Made by a program: the position numbers and the translations under genes. This document shows positions 9,026 to 19,900 of a stretch of DNA of 64,000 nucleotides, piece by piece (within the stretch, counting starts at the first letter, position 1; each line of letters starts with the position of its first letter). This DNA comes from an uncultured Bacilli bacterium (GTDB lineage Bacteria > Bacillota_I > Bacilli_A > RF39 > UBA660), in contig CANRQG010000001.1 in NCBI GenBank assembly GCA_947632735.1, positions 3,903 through 67,902 on the forward strand, in the 5' to 3' direction. The notes under the pieces were generated by a model. The model made no database searches. It was not told where the DNA came from and saw only the letters and a list, made by a program, of their open reading frames with translations.

Positions 9026-9248
9026 TATTATTTAATTATATAATAAATAAAGAAAAATATAAATAATTACTCTCTGTGCCATTGTAAAAATATGTCTATT
9101 TACTTCGAAAAAAGCTAAGTATTCGAAAAAATTACTCCTGCTAAGCAAAAAATTAACTTTTCTAAAAATAAAACCCAACTTTATTTTACTAATAGTCTAT
9201 CTTCTGTTATAATTAAATAAGAAAAAGAGAGAAAGAGGAATAGAAAAA

Positions 9249-11552
9249 ATGGAAAATATAAAAAAAAATATAAATATTTTAGTTGCGAGCTTTTTACTTT
9301 TTCAGCCTCTGCTAGATTTAGTAACAGGTCTTAATATTCATATTCTTAATTTTCCTATCACTATAGGAATAATATTAAAATTTTTATTTATGCTTAGCTT
9401 AGCCTTAATTTGCTTAATCGTTTATAAAAAGAAAAAATTACTAATACCTTATACAATTATAGGTCTTTACTTTGTCTTTTTCCTTATTGGTAAAATAATC
9501 TATCCCACTAATTTATTTAAAGAAGCTCAAGAATTAATAAAAATCTTTTACTTTCCTATTATCTTGATTACTCTTTATTCTATAAAAGATGAAATTAAAA
9601 TTAGTAAGATGACACTTTTTACTATGCTAATGACTTACTTAGTTTGCATCTTTATACCAACCATCTTCCACGCCGGTTATAAAACTTATGAAATAACTAA
9701 AGCTGGTACTTTAGGCTTTTACAATTCCGCAAATGAAATAAGTGGCATTATTTCTTTACTTACACCTATAATGTTTATTATTCTTTTAAAAAAGAAAAAT
9801 ATCTTTTCTTTATTAGGTTTAATTCTCTATCTAGCTGTTATTTTAATGATGGGAACCAAAACACCACTTTTAGTTCTTATAATAACGATATTCTTCTCCC
9901 TAATTTACTTATGGGTAAAAAGTATTCGTGAAAAGACTTATAAAATAATTGGTATTTCTCTTATTGTCTTAACCATTTTCTCCTTAGCTTTAGTCTTCAT
10001 AGTTCCTAAAAGCAATTTTTATAAAAATATAAAAACTCACTTAGATTATCTAGAATTAGATAATGTCTTTGAAGTCTTTGAAGAAGAAAAATTTGTTGAC
10101 CACTTTATTTTTAGTGAACGCCTTACTTTCTTAGCTAGAAAAAATAAAGTTTATGACAAAGCTCCATTATATCAAAAAATATTTGGAATAGGTGCTTATC
10201 AAAAAAATAAAAAATTAAAAATGATTGAAATGGATTATTTTGATATTTTATATTCTAATGGTTTAATTGGCTTCATAATCTTTTTCAGTATCTTCTTATA
10301 TGTAATTATTAAAGTCTTAAGAAATAGCCTTAAAATCAATTATCAAAGTTATATGCTATACTTAAGCTTTGCCTTTATTATCCTGTTAAGCTTTTTTACA
10401 GGTCATATTATAACTGGACCATCAGTAAGTCTTTTATCCGCTATAATTATTCTTTCCCTAAATAAAAGAAAGAAAAAAGACCTACTATTTGCGGGTGTTA
10501 ATCTAGAAATAGGGGGTATTGAAAAAGCCCAAATAAATTTATTAGACAATATTAATTATAAAAAATATAACGTTACTTTAGTCTTAGAAGAAAAAAAAGG
10601 CAAGCTCTTAAAAGACCTAAATAAAAATGTTACTCTAAGAGAAGTAAAAGTAAGTACTAATAATCATTTTTTAGTAAGAAAAATAGCCAATTATTTACGT
10701 AAATTAATTTTTGAAATCTATAGTTATCAAAATTATGATTTTAGTTGTTGTTACACAACATATAGCTATAGTTCTAACAAGTTAGCAAAAATATCTTCAT
10801 CTAATAATGCCTTATATGTCCATAGTAATTATAAAGATGTCTATGATACTGATGAAGAAGTACAAGAATTTTTTGACTCAAGAAAAGTTGCCGACTTTAA
10901 CCATATTATTTTTGTTTCCAATGAAGCAGCTACTTACTTTTTAAGTCTATATCCAAGTTTAAAAGATAAAGTAAAAGTCTTTAATAATTTTATTAATACT
11001 AAAAAAATAATCGAAGATAGCTTAAAAGAAATAAATCTTTCTCATCCTAAAGATAAAAAATTATTAGTATTTGTAGGTAGACTTGATGACTCATCAAAAA
11101 AATTAGCTCGAGCAATTAACTTAGTTAAACAATTAAATGATATTGAATTATGGATAATAGGCTCTGGTCCTGATGAAAATATGTATCAAGATTTAGTTAA
11201 AAAATTAAACTTAACAGAAAAAATTGCTTTTCTAGGTCCTAAGTCTAATCCTTATCCTTATATGAATGAAGCCGATTACTTACTTTTAACTTCTGATTAT
11301 GAAGGTTTCCCAGTTGTTTACCTAGAGGGTATTACTTTAAAAAAGCCTTTCATTACTACAATTGATGTTAGTGATGAAGAAATAAATATCGGTAAAGATT
11401 ATGCTTATATTATTCCTAAAGATGAAGACAAAATGGTTAAAGAAGTAAAAAAGATTTTAACTAAAAAGAAAAAAATTAAAGAAATTAATCTTGATAAAAT
11501 TCAAAAGCAAAGAATAAAAAAACTAGAGCACATTTTTGATGAGGTGGTTTAA
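9249..11552 (+). CDS. Fusion protein: multi-TM Wzy/O-antigen-ligase-like polymerase domain (N-terminus) plus a family-4 (GT-B) glycosyltransferase domain (C-terminus)
   Basis: About 400 aa of 10+ hydrophobic helices, then NLEIGGIEKA...EGFPVVYLEGI, typical of the GT4 EX7E region. Confidence 0.5.
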   Translation: MENIKKNINILVASFLLFQPLLDLVTGLNIHILNFPITIGIILKFLFMLSLALICLIVYKKKKLLIPYTIIGLYFVFFLIGKIIYPTNLFKEAQELIKIFYFPIILITLYSIKDEIKISKMTLFTMLMTYLVCIFIPTIFHAGYKTYEITKAGTLGFYNSANEISGIISLLTPIMFIILLKKKNIFSLLGLILYLAVILMMGTKTPLLVLIITIFFSLIYLWVKSIREKTYKIIGISLIVLTIFSLALVFIVPKSNFYKNIKTHLDYLELDNVFEVFEEEKFVDHFIFSERLTFLARKNKVYDKAPLYQKIFGIGAYQKNKKLKMIEMDYFDILYSNGLIGFIIFFSIFLYVIIKVLRNSLKINYQSYMLYLSFAFIILLSFFTGHIITGPSVSLLSAIIILSLNKRKKKDLLFAGVNLEIGGIEKAQINLLDNINYKKYNVTLVLEEKKGKLLKDLNKNVTLREVKVSTNNHFLVRKIANYLRKLIFEIYSYQNYDFSCCYTTYSYSSNKLAKISSSNNALYVHSNYKDVYDTDEEVQEFFDSRKVADFNHIIFVSNEAATYFLSLYPSLKDKVKVFNNFINTKKIIEDSLKEINLSHPKDKKLLVFVGRLDDSSKKLARAINLVKQLNDIELWIIGSGPDENMYQDLVKKLNLTEKIAFLGPKSNPYPYMNEADYLLLTSDYEGFPVVYLEGITLKKPFITTIDVSDEEINIGKDYAYIIPKDEDKMVKEVKKILTKKKKIKEINLDKIQKQRIKKLEHIFDEVV

Positions 11553-12469
11553 TGCCTAAGTTTAGTATTATTATTCCTGTATATAATGTTGAAAAATATT
11601 TAAAAAGATGCCTAGAAAGCGTTAGACAACAAACTTTTTCTGATTTTGAAGTAATAATTATAAATGATGGTTCTACTGATAAAAGCCTTTCGGTAGCGAA
11701 AAAATATCCTTATCAAATAATAACTACGGAAAATAAAGGCTTATCAAGTGCCAGAAACTTAGGCATAAAAAAAGCTAAAGGAGATTATCTTCTATTTTTA
11801 GATAGTGATGATTTTTTAGAAAAAGATTTATTAAAAGAATTAAATAATAATCTTTTTGATAGTCCAGATATAGTAAGATTCCAAGTTCAAACAGTTACGG
11901 ATACCAAAGAAAAAGTTAAGTATGAAGAAAAAGAGTTTCAAACAACTTCCGGAACCAAAGCTTTTAGTTTAATAGTTAGTAGCCACTTTGTAGAAAATGC
12001 TTGGTGTTATGCCTATAAAAGAGCTTACTTTTTAAAAGAAAAATTTAAATTTAAAGAAGGTACCCTTCACGAAGACTACGGTTTAATTCCTCTAGTCATA
12101 ATAAAAGCAAACCGTGTAAAATCAATTTCTTACATCGGCTATAATTATTATGAGCGAACCGGAAGTATAATGAATAATAGTGATTACAAACGAACAAAGA
12201 AAAAAGTAGAAGACTTTTATAATCACTATCTTTATCTAGAAAAAGAAATTAATAAGACTAACTTAGATAGTACTATATTTAAAAGTTTTATCGCTAACAG
12301 CTTAATCTTAAAAATTTGTGAGTTAAAAAAAGAAGACTACCAAATCTATAGAAAAAAGCTTGTGAAAGATAAAGTCTATTCTAATATTTTAAAAGATACA
12401 ATTCCAAGAAAAATTAAATATTTCTTTTTAAAGATTAGTCCAAAGATATATTATAAATTATTTAAATAG
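11552..12469 (+). CDS. Family-2 glycosyltransferase (GT-A)
   Basis: FSIIIPVYNVEKYL...IIINDGSTD...LDSDD motifs. Confidence 0.7.
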   Translation: MPKFSIIIPVYNVEKYLKRCLESVRQQTFSDFEVIIINDGSTDKSLSVAKKYPYQIITTENKGLSSARNLGIKKAKGDYLLFLDSDDFLEKDLLKELNNNLFDSPDIVRFQVQTVTDTKEKVKYEEKEFQTTSGTKAFSLIVSSHFVENAWCYAYKRAYFLKEKFKFKEGTLHEDYGLIPLVIIKANRVKSISYIGYNYYERTGSIMNNSDYKRTKKKVEDFYNHYLYLEKEINKTNLDSTIFKSFIANSLILKICELKKEDYQIYRKKLVKDKVYSNILKDTIPRKIKYFFLKISPKIYYKLFK

Positions 12470-12480
12470 CGGGTGTTGGT

Positions 12481-13431
12481 ATGAAGTTAAAAAAAGAAAA
12501 AATCTCATTAGTTATACCGTGTTATAACGAGGAAGAATCTCTTCCTATTCTTTACAAAGAACTTAATAAGTTAGCAAAAGAAATGAACTATGTCAATTTT
12601 GAATTTTTATTTATTGATGATGGTAGTAAAGATAATACTCTAAAAACTATAAAAAATTTTTCCAAGAAAGATAATAGAGTAGAGTTTATTTCTTTTTCTA
12701 GAAACTTTGGCAAAGAAGCTGGGATATATGCTGGACTTGAAAAGTCAACGGGTGATTTTGTTGCCGTAATAGATGCTGATTTGCAAGACCCACCCCAAAT
12801 GCTTAAAGAAATGTATAAAACAATAAAAGAAGAAAACTATGAATGTGTTGCCTTATATACTAAATCTCATAAGGACTACTCATTATTAAGAAAATTCTTT
12901 ACAAAATGTTGGTATATTTTAATTGGAAAAATGTCTTCTACCAAACAAGTTTCTGGGGCTAGAGATTTTCGTTTAATGAAAAGAAAAATGGTAGAAGCTA
13001 TTTTACAAATGCCAGAATATAATCGTTATTCCAAAGGTATCTTTAGCTTTGTCGGTTTTAATACTAAATGGATAAGCTTTGAAACCGGAAAAAGAGCTGC
13101 TGGTAAATCAAAGTTTAGCTTTTTCAAATTATTTAAATATGCTCTAGAAGGAATTTTAGCCTTCTCAACTAAACCTTTAGTTCTTTCCGCTTTAATAGGT
13201 CTATTTTTCTGTTTCATAGCTTTTATTGCTATTATTGTAATTATTTGTAAGACTTTAATTTATGGTGACCCTGTTAGTGGCTGGCCATCACTTGCCTGTA
13301 TAATTATTTTTGTAAGTGGCATCCAACTTTTCTTCTTTGGAATTATGGGTATGTATTTATCTAAAATTTATTTAGAAGTGAAAAAAAGACCTTTATATAT
13401 AATTAATGAAGAAAGTAAAAAAAGAAGGTAA
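12481..13431 (+). CDS. GtrB/DPM1-like polyprenyl-phosphate sugar synthase (GT2 with C-terminal TM pair)
   Basis: ISLVIPCYNEEESL...DDGSKD...DADLQDPP, and two C-terminal TM helices. Confidence 0.7.
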   Translation: MKLKKEKISLVIPCYNEEESLPILYKELNKLAKEMNYVNFEFLFIDDGSKDNTLKTIKNFSKKDNRVEFISFSRNFGKEAGIYAGLEKSTGDFVAVIDADLQDPPQMLKEMYKTIKEENYECVALYTKSHKDYSLLRKFFTKCWYILIGKMSSTKQVSGARDFRLMKRKMVEAILQMPEYNRYSKGIFSFVGFNTKWISFETGKRAAGKSKFSFFKLFKYALEGILAFSTKPLVLSALIGLFFCFIAFIAIIVIICKTLIYGDPVSGWPSLACIIIFVSGIQLFFFGIMGMYLSKIYLEVKKRPLYIINEESKKRR

Positions 13432-13436
13432 TATTT

Positions 13437-14381
13437 ATGCAAAAAAATGATATAAGTATAATTGTTCCAATTTATAATGCTGAAAAAACTATCGAAAGAT
13501 GTTTAAATTCTTTACTATCTCAAACAAAAAAAGAACTAGAATTTATTCTTATAAATGATGGTTCAACTGATGAAACAGAAAAAATAATTAAAAACTTTTC
13601 TGATAAAAGAATAAAATATTTTAAAAATAAAAATCAGGGAATAGGTAAGAGTAGAAATTTTGGCTTAGCACAAGCAACTGGTAAATATATATTATTCGTT
13701 GATAGTGATGATTATATTGCTAAAGATATGTGTGAAAAATTATTTGAAAAATGTGAAAATAATAATCTAGATATTTGTATATGCGATTATTACAAAGAAT
13801 TTGAAGATGGTTCTAAAGAAAAAGTTTTCTTAGGAGACTTTTCTATTTCTTCTTTAAAAGAAAATCCTGATATTATAACTGAGCATTTAAATCCCTGGGC
13901 TAAACTATATAATAGAAAAATGCTAATAGATAATAAAATTAAGTTTGTTGAAAACTTAAAATACGAAGATGCTCCTTTTGTAATTGAAGCTTTTTGTTGT
14001 GCTAAAAGAATAGGCAAAGTAAATGAATTTTTAAGCTATTATCTGGTTCATAATAATAGTGAAACAACAATAAGAGATGAAAGATGCTTTGATATATTAA
14101 AAATAGTTGCTAAAATAAGAAAGTATACTAAAGATAAAACTTATCTAAAAGAAAAAATAGATAAATTAACAGTTAGAATTATTACTAATTATACTATTCA
14201 ACAAAGAATGCAAACTGATAAAAAATTAGCTCGAAAATTTATTGATGAAGCATTTACTTATTTAAAAAAAGAAATTCCTAACTATAAAAATAATAAATAT
14301 TATGAAAATAGAGGCTTCTTACGAAGAAGTATTGAAAAAAACAAAACATTAACACAAATTTATTGTAGTTTATATAGATAA
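13437..14381 (+). CDS. Family-2 glycosyltransferase
   Basis: ISIIVPIYNAEKTI...INDGSTD...VDSDD. Confidence 0.7.
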   Translation: MQKNDISIIVPIYNAEKTIERCLNSLLSQTKKELEFILINDGSTDETEKIIKNFSDKRIKYFKNKNQGIGKSRNFGLAQATGKYILFVDSDDYIAKDMCEKLFEKCENNNLDICICDYYKEFEDGSKEKVFLGDFSISSLKENPDIITEHLNPWAKLYNRKMLIDNKIKFVENLKYEDAPFVIEAFCCAKRIGKVNEFLSYYLVHNNSETTIRDERCFDILKIVAKIRKYTKDKTYLKEKIDKLTVRIITNYTIQQRMQTDKKLARKFIDEAFTYLKKEIPNYKNNKYYENRGFLRRSIEKNKTLTQIYCSLYR

Positions 14382-14425
14382 AATATGATAAAATAAAAGA
14401 CGATGTAGAATTAATGTAGTATGAG

Positions 14426-15466
14426 GTGAATGATGTGTTTTTAGTCTCAATTGATATAGAATATAGATATAACATAATAAATAAAATAAAAAAATCTAAT
14501 AAAAATATTAAAACATCTATTTTTACAATTGATAATATCAATTACTATAATTATAAAAAATATGATTACGTTATTACTCAGTATAATCCAAAATTAATTG
14601 ACTATTTTCTTAAACTTGGTAAAAAGATAGTTATATGTTCTTTTGATGAAGAATTAATAAAAGAAGAATACAGAAATAATTCTAAAATATTTATATGTAA
14701 CACTAAAAAAGAAGTAATCGATTTTGTTTTAACTGAATACACTGCGAATAATTATCAAAATAATAAAGTATATAAATGTCTAAAAGCCTTTATATATCTA
14801 GCAATATTTCTCGTTTTTGCTTTTTTCCTTTATAAAAGACTCTATGTCTGTAAAGGAGCGCCTACTAGTAAAAAAGTCTCAAATGAAATAGATTTAAAAA
14901 AAGAAAATTATGTCTTTTTGGGTGATTCAATAACTGATTATTATAATTTAGATAAATACTATGGTGACCTACCTGTTGTTAATAGCGGAATAAGTGGTAA
15001 CGAATATCACGATTTATTAGATAACTTGGACCAACGAGTTTTCAAATATAACCCAACTAAAGTCTTCATTTTAATAGGTACAAACGATATTGCTTATACA
15101 GATGTTAGTAATGAAGAATTAACCGATAAGATTATCGAAATTTGTGATAAAATTCAAGAAGAAAGGTCTAAAACAGAAATATATGTTGAGTCAATTTATC
15201 CTGTAAATAAAAATATGGATAATAATGGTATGGTTTCTAAAAGAACTAATTCCCGAATAAGAAAAGTAAACAAACTATTAGAAGAAAAAGTTAAAGAAAA
15301 TAATTATAAATATATAGATATGTATGATATCTTAAAAGATTCTGAAGGTAATCTAAACCCAAGATACACTTATGATGGCTTGCATATTTCAGAAGATGGT
15401 TATAAAGAAATAACTAAAGAAATAAAAAAGATAATATATAATGGTAGCGAAGGAAAGGAATGTTAA
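14426..15466 (+). CDS. Membrane-anchored SGNH/GDSL hydrolase-like protein (possible polysaccharide O-acetyl esterase or transferase partner)
   Basis: TM helix, then FLGDSITD (Ser block), GTNDI, DGLHISEDGY (DxxH block). GTG start. Confidence 0.55.
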   Translation: MNDVFLVSIDIEYRYNIINKIKKSNKNIKTSIFTIDNINYYNYKKYDYVITQYNPKLIDYFLKLGKKIVICSFDEELIKEEYRNNSKIFICNTKKEVIDFVLTEYTANNYQNNKVYKCLKAFIYLAIFLVFAFFLYKRLYVCKGAPTSKKVSNEIDLKKENYVFLGDSITDYYNLDKYYGDLPVVNSGISGNEYHDLLDNLDQRVFKYNPTKVFILIGTNDIAYTDVSNEELTDKIIEICDKIQEERSKTEIYVESIYPVNKNMDNNGMVSKRTNSRIRKVNKLLEEKVKENNYKYIDMYDILKDSEGNLNPRYTYDGLHISEDGYKEITKEIKKIIYNGSEGKEC

Positions 15467-15468
15467 CT

Positions 15469-16431
15469 ATGAAAGAAACAGCTATTTTATATATAGTTAT
15501 TCCCTGCTACAATGAAGAAGAAGTTTTACAAGAAACAACAAAACAATTAAGACAAAAACTTAAGTCCTTAATTGATAAAAAAATAATCTCTTCAAAAAGT
15601 AAAGTTATGTATGTCGATGACGGCTCAAAAGATAATACTTGGAATATTATAAAAACAATTGCTAGAGAAGAAAAAAATTTTACCGGTATCAGCTTATCTA
15701 AAAATAAAGGTCAACAAAATGCTTTACTAGCAGGCCTAATGACAGCAAGAACATATGCTGATGTCGTTATAAGTATGGATGCTGATTTGCAAGATGATAT
15801 TAATACTATCGATGAAATGTTAGAAAAATATAAAGCTGGCAATGACATCGTTTATGCCGTAAGAAATAAAAGAACAAAAGATAGTTTCTTTAAAAGAACT
15901 AGTGCCCAATTTTTCTATAAGTTTATGAATTTTTTAGGTGCTGAATGCATTTATAATCACGCTGATTATCGACTAACTTCTAAAAGAGTCTTAGATGAGT
16001 TATCAAAATTTAAAGAAACTAATCTATTTCTAAGAGGCATATTTCCCTCAATTGGTTTTAAAACCGCTATTGTCTATTATGAAAGAAAAAAAAGATATGC
16101 CGGTAAATCTAAGTATTCTTTAAAGAAAATGTTTAATTTTGCTTGGGAGGGAATAACTTCCTTTAGTATCAAGCCACTAAGATTTATTTGTGTCTTAGGC
16201 TTTCTAATTTTATTTACAAGTCTAGGCATAATAATTTATTCCATTATTAGAAAAATAACTGGTAATACAGTTGATGGCTGGACTTTTTTATCTATATCTA
16301 TCTGGTTTATCGGAAGCTTACAGATGATAAGTATTGGTATTATAGGTGAATATATCGGTAAAATATATAGCGAGACCAAACAAAGACCACGATACATCAT
16401 ATTAGAAAATTTAGAGGATAAAGAAAATTAG
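15469..16431 (+). CDS. GtrB/DPM1-like polyprenyl-phosphate sugar synthase (second paralog)
   Basis: LYIVIPCYNEEE...DDGSKD...DADLQDD, C-terminal TM pair. Paralog of the 12481 gene. Confidence 0.7.
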   Translation: MKETAILYIVIPCYNEEEVLQETTKQLRQKLKSLIDKKIISSKSKVMYVDDGSKDNTWNIIKTIAREEKNFTGISLSKNKGQQNALLAGLMTARTYADVVISMDADLQDDINTIDEMLEKYKAGNDIVYAVRNKRTKDSFFKRTSAQFFYKFMNFLGAECIYNHADYRLTSKRVLDELSKFKETNLFLRGIFPSIGFKTAIVYYERKKRYAGKSKYSLKKMFNFAWEGITSFSIKPLRFICVLGFLILFTSLGIIIYSIIRKITGNTVDGWTFLSISIWFIGSLQMISIGIIGEYIGKIYSETKQRPRYIILENLEDKEN

Positions 16432-16493
16432 TAGCTAAACTATGGAAAAATATTAGAAAATTAGATATAATTAGTAAAGAAAGTAGGTTAACT

Positions 16494-17237
16494 ATGGAAA
16501 AAAATATAGCAATTAAAGTAACAAATGTTTCTAAAACATTTAAGCTTTACTATGATAAAGCTCATACCTTAAAAGAAAAAATCCTTTTTTTCTCCAAAAA
16601 AAATAAAAGTAAAAATGATATTTTAGAAGTCTTAAAAAATATAAATTTAACAATAGAAAAAGGTGAAAGTGTTGCCTTAATAGGAACAAATGGTAGTGGC
16701 AAATCAACACTTTTAAAATTAATGACAAAAATTATCTATCCAAACAAAGGTAAAATTACAACTAATGGTAAATTAACTTCTTTGCTTGAACTTGGAGCTG
16801 GCTTTCACGACGACTTTACAGGAAGAGAAAATATCTATTTTAATGCTTCGATTTTCGGTTTAACCAAAGAAGAAATAGATGCTAAAATCGATGAAATAAT
16901 TAGTTTTTCAGAATTAGGAGAGTTCATTGATAATCCTGTTAGAACTTACTCATCAGGAATGTATATGCGACTTGCTTTTTCTGTTGCGATTAATGTTCAA
17001 GCCGAAATACTTCTTATCGATGAAATATTAGCAGTTGGTGACCAGCACTTCCAAGATAAATGCTTTAATAAATTAAAAGAATTAAAAGCATCAGGCAAAA
17101 CTATCGTAATAGTAACGCATAATATGAATCAAGTTAAAATGTTTTGTGATAGGGCAGTTTGGCTATATAAAGGTGAAATCAGAAAAGATGGCAATGTAGA
17201 AGATGTTTTGAACGAATATTTGAAAGTATGTGGGTGA
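16494..17237 (+). CDS. ABC transporter ATP-binding protein, TagH/Wzt-like polysaccharide or teichoic-acid exporter
   Basis: Walker A GTNGSGKST, signature YSSGMYMRLAF, Walker B LLIDE. Confidence 0.8.
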   Translation: MEKNIAIKVTNVSKTFKLYYDKAHTLKEKILFFSKKNKSKNDILEVLKNINLTIEKGESVALIGTNGSGKSTLLKLMTKIIYPNKGKITTNGKLTSLLELGAGFHDDFTGRENIYFNASIFGLTKEEIDAKIDEIISFSELGEFIDNPVRTYSSGMYMRLAFSVAINVQAEILLIDEILAVGDQHFQDKCFNKLKELKASGKTIVIVTHNMNQVKMFCDRAVWLYKGEIRKDGNVEDVLNEYLKVCG

Positions 17238-17241
17238 TTAG

Positions 17242-18015
17242 ATGAATATTTTTAAAGAATTATACAATTATCGAGAGTTATTAAAAACAAATATCAAAAA
17301 AGAAATACGAGGTAAGTATAAAGGCTCTTGGCTTGGTGTTTTATGGACTTTTCTAAATCCTTTACTAATGCTTGCTGTATATGCCTTTGTTTTTCCCTAT
17401 ATTTTAAGAGTCAATGTTGAAAACTATACCATCTTTATGATTGTCGCCTTAATACCTTGGAACTTTTTCACCGTAGCAATTCAATCGGGTACAGGCTGTG
17501 TTGTTGCTAATGGTAACATTTTAAAGAAAGTTTATTTTCCAAGAGAAATAATACCTATATCTATAACTACTAGTCAATTAATTAACTTTTTAATTACGTG
17601 TATTATTATGTTTATTTTTATCTTATTTAGTGGGGTAGGTTTTTCTATTCATTTATTGTTATTACCTGTCCTTATATTAATACAATATATTATCACCTTA
17701 GCTTTTACTTTCATCCTATCAGCAATAACCGTTTTTGTTCACGATGTTGACCACTTCGTTAGTGTCTTTTTAACACTAGGATTTTATGCTACACCAATTG
17801 TTTATCAAGCTAGTATGTTGCCCCAAAAATTTCAATGGGCTATGAAAGTTAATCCTATGGCAGAATTAGTTGAAGCTTATAGAGATATTCTTTATTATCA
17901 CGAGTTTCCTAACTTCCACTTATTAATTGTATGGGGAATTTTAAGTGTCATTTTCCTAGTATTAGGTTATGCTATATTTAAAAAATTGGAAAAATCATTT
18001 GTCGAAGAACTATAA
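17242..18015 (+). CDS. ABC-2 type permease, TagG/Wzm-like
   Basis: Six-TM ABC-2 permease pattern immediately downstream of the ATPase. Confidence 0.75.
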   Translation: MNIFKELYNYRELLKTNIKKEIRGKYKGSWLGVLWTFLNPLLMLAVYAFVFPYILRVNVENYTIFMIVALIPWNFFTVAIQSGTGCVVANGNILKKVYFPREIIPISITTSQLINFLITCIIMFIFILFSGVGFSIHLLLLPVLILIQYIITLAFTFILSAITVFVHDVDHFVSVFLTLGFYATPIVYQASMLPQKFQWAMKVNPMAELVEAYRDILYYHEFPNFHLLIVWGILSVIFLVLGYAIFKKLEKSFVEEL

Positions 18016-18045
18016 AAAGCAAACAAAGAGATAGCGAGGTAATTT

Positions 18046-19143
18046 ATGCAAAAAAATAATGATATCCTTATTTCAGTAATTATACCAGTATATAATACAG
18101 CTAAGTATTTAAAAAAATGTCTAGATTCAGTATATGCCGCAATAGATGAAAACTGCGAAGTAATTATCATAAATGATGGCTCAACTGATAATTCAGAAAA
18201 AACAATAAAACAATATTTGAAAACTCTATCAAACAAAAAGTATAAAGAAAACACTATTTATTTATATAAAGAAAATAAAGGCTTGTCAGATACTAAAAAC
18301 GTAGGAATAAAAAAGGCTAGAGGAAAATTTATCAGTGTTGTTGATTCCGATGATAGAATAAATAAATATTTTTATAGAGATGCTAGAGAATACTTAAATG
18401 ACTATGATGTAATTATCTATGACTTATATACTGATTATGAAGATGATCCAAAATTTAATCACATTATTAGAGCGGCCAGAGAAGATCTTATTTATTCTGA
18501 AAGATCAAAATTTATTCACGGAGCAATGCAAGGGTCTTCGTGTAACAAAATTATAAAAAAAGATTTATATAAATATGAGTTTCCTGTTGGAAAACAATAT
18601 GAAGATGTAGCTGTAACCCCTTTTATTCTTATGGAAGCAAAAAAGATAAGGTATATTCCTAATCCATATTACATTTATCTACAGCGTAAAAATTCTATTG
18701 TTTCAAGTAATAAACTTGATGAAGCCTATTTTAAAATTTGTGCCAACATAAATGATGTATTTACTACTAATAAATTAAAATATCAAAATTATCAAGAATT
18801 AATCTATGAATTTTACTTACTAAGAATAATTGATATGCTTGACTATTCCTTAAGAAAGAAAAAAGGTAAAGTAAAAGAAATAATTACTGATTATATTAAA
18901 GATAATAAATATGTCATAAATGAAGTTTATAATAGCCTTAAAGATGAAAGTGACTTTCCAGATATTTTGACTAAAAATCAAAAAAGATTTGAATTAGAAT
19001 TATTTAAAGCTTTACATAATGATGACGTAAAAAGAAGTATAAAATTACTAAAAAGAAGAAGATTTGTAAACTACTTTAGAACTGTTTTTGGCTCTTTTAA
19101 AAATCTAATTAAAGTTATATTTGGAGGTGCTTATGGTGAATAA
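18046..19143 (+). CDS. Family-2 glycosyltransferase
   Basis: ISVIIPVYNTAKYL...IINDGSTD...VDSDD. Confidence 0.7.
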   Translation: MQKNNDILISVIIPVYNTAKYLKKCLDSVYAAIDENCEVIIINDGSTDNSEKTIKQYLKTLSNKKYKENTIYLYKENKGLSDTKNVGIKKARGKFISVVDSDDRINKYFYRDAREYLNDYDVIIYDLYTDYEDDPKFNHIIRAAREDLIYSERSKFIHGAMQGSSCNKIIKKDLYKYEFPVGKQYEDVAVTPFILMEAKKIRYIPNPYYIYLQRKNSIVSSNKLDEAYFKICANINDVFTTNKLKYQNYQELIYEFYLLRIIDMLDYSLRKKKGKVKEIITDYIKDNKYVINEVYNSLKDESDFPDILTKNQKRFELELFKALHNDDVKRSIKLLKRRRFVNYFRTVFGSFKNLIKVIFGGAYGE

Positions 19144-19879
19144 TAAGAAATATATCCACTACTGTTGGTTTGGTGGAAATAAAATGCCTAGAAAATTTAA
19201 AAAGTATATAAAAACTTGGAAGAAATATCTACCTGACTATGAAATAATGGAATGGAATGAGAAAAATTTTGATATTAATTTTTGTGACTTTGTAAAAAAA
19301 GCTTATGATAATAAAAAATGGGCTTTCGTTTCTGATGTTACTAGACTTTATGCCTTATATAACTATGGTGGAATATATTTTGATACTGATATTGAAGTTA
19401 CTAAAAAATTTGATGATATTCTAGAAAATGAAATATGGTTAGGTAGAGAAACTAACGAGTATCTAGCAACAGCTATGATAGGAGCTAAGGAAGCTAAAAA
19501 TAAGCACATTAAAAATCTTTTAGATGTTTATAAAAAAGCAAAATTTAATGCCGACGATTTATATAGTATAACTAGTCCAAAAGTTTTAACAAATTATTTT
19601 GCCAAATTAGGTTTAAAAAACTCCTCAGAAAATCAAGTACTAAAAGATGATATTCACATATATGCTAGAGACTATTTTAATCCTAAAAGTTATGATGGAC
19701 TAGATGAACAATTTAGTGAGAATACTTGTATGATTCATCATTTCGATGGTTCTTGGACTTCTCTAGATGAAAAAATTGCCATTTGGTTTGTTAGGCACCA
19801 TTTAGGCTCTTTAGCTAAACCAACTTTTAAAATATTTGCTTTCGCTAGAAAAGTAAAAGCAAAAATAATAAAGAAATAA
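19133..19879 (+). CDS. DXD-motif glycosyltransferase (GT32 / Gly_transf_sug-like)
   Basis: IHYCWFGG...VSDVTRLYALYNYGGIYFDTDIEV; RBS ggagg before the ATG at 19133. Confidence 0.55.
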   Translation: MVNNKKYIHYCWFGGNKMPRKFKKYIKTWKKYLPDYEIMEWNEKNFDINFCDFVKKAYDNKKWAFVSDVTRLYALYNYGGIYFDTDIEVTKKFDDILENEIWLGRETNEYLATAMIGAKEAKNKHIKNLLDVYKKAKFNADDLYSITSPKVLTNYFAKLGLKNSSENQVLKDDIHIYARDYFNPKSYDGLDEQFSENTCMIHHFDGSWTSLDEKIAIWFVRHHLGSLAKPTFKIFAFARKVKAKIIKK

Positions 19880-19900
19880 TTTAAAGACGGGTGATATTAT

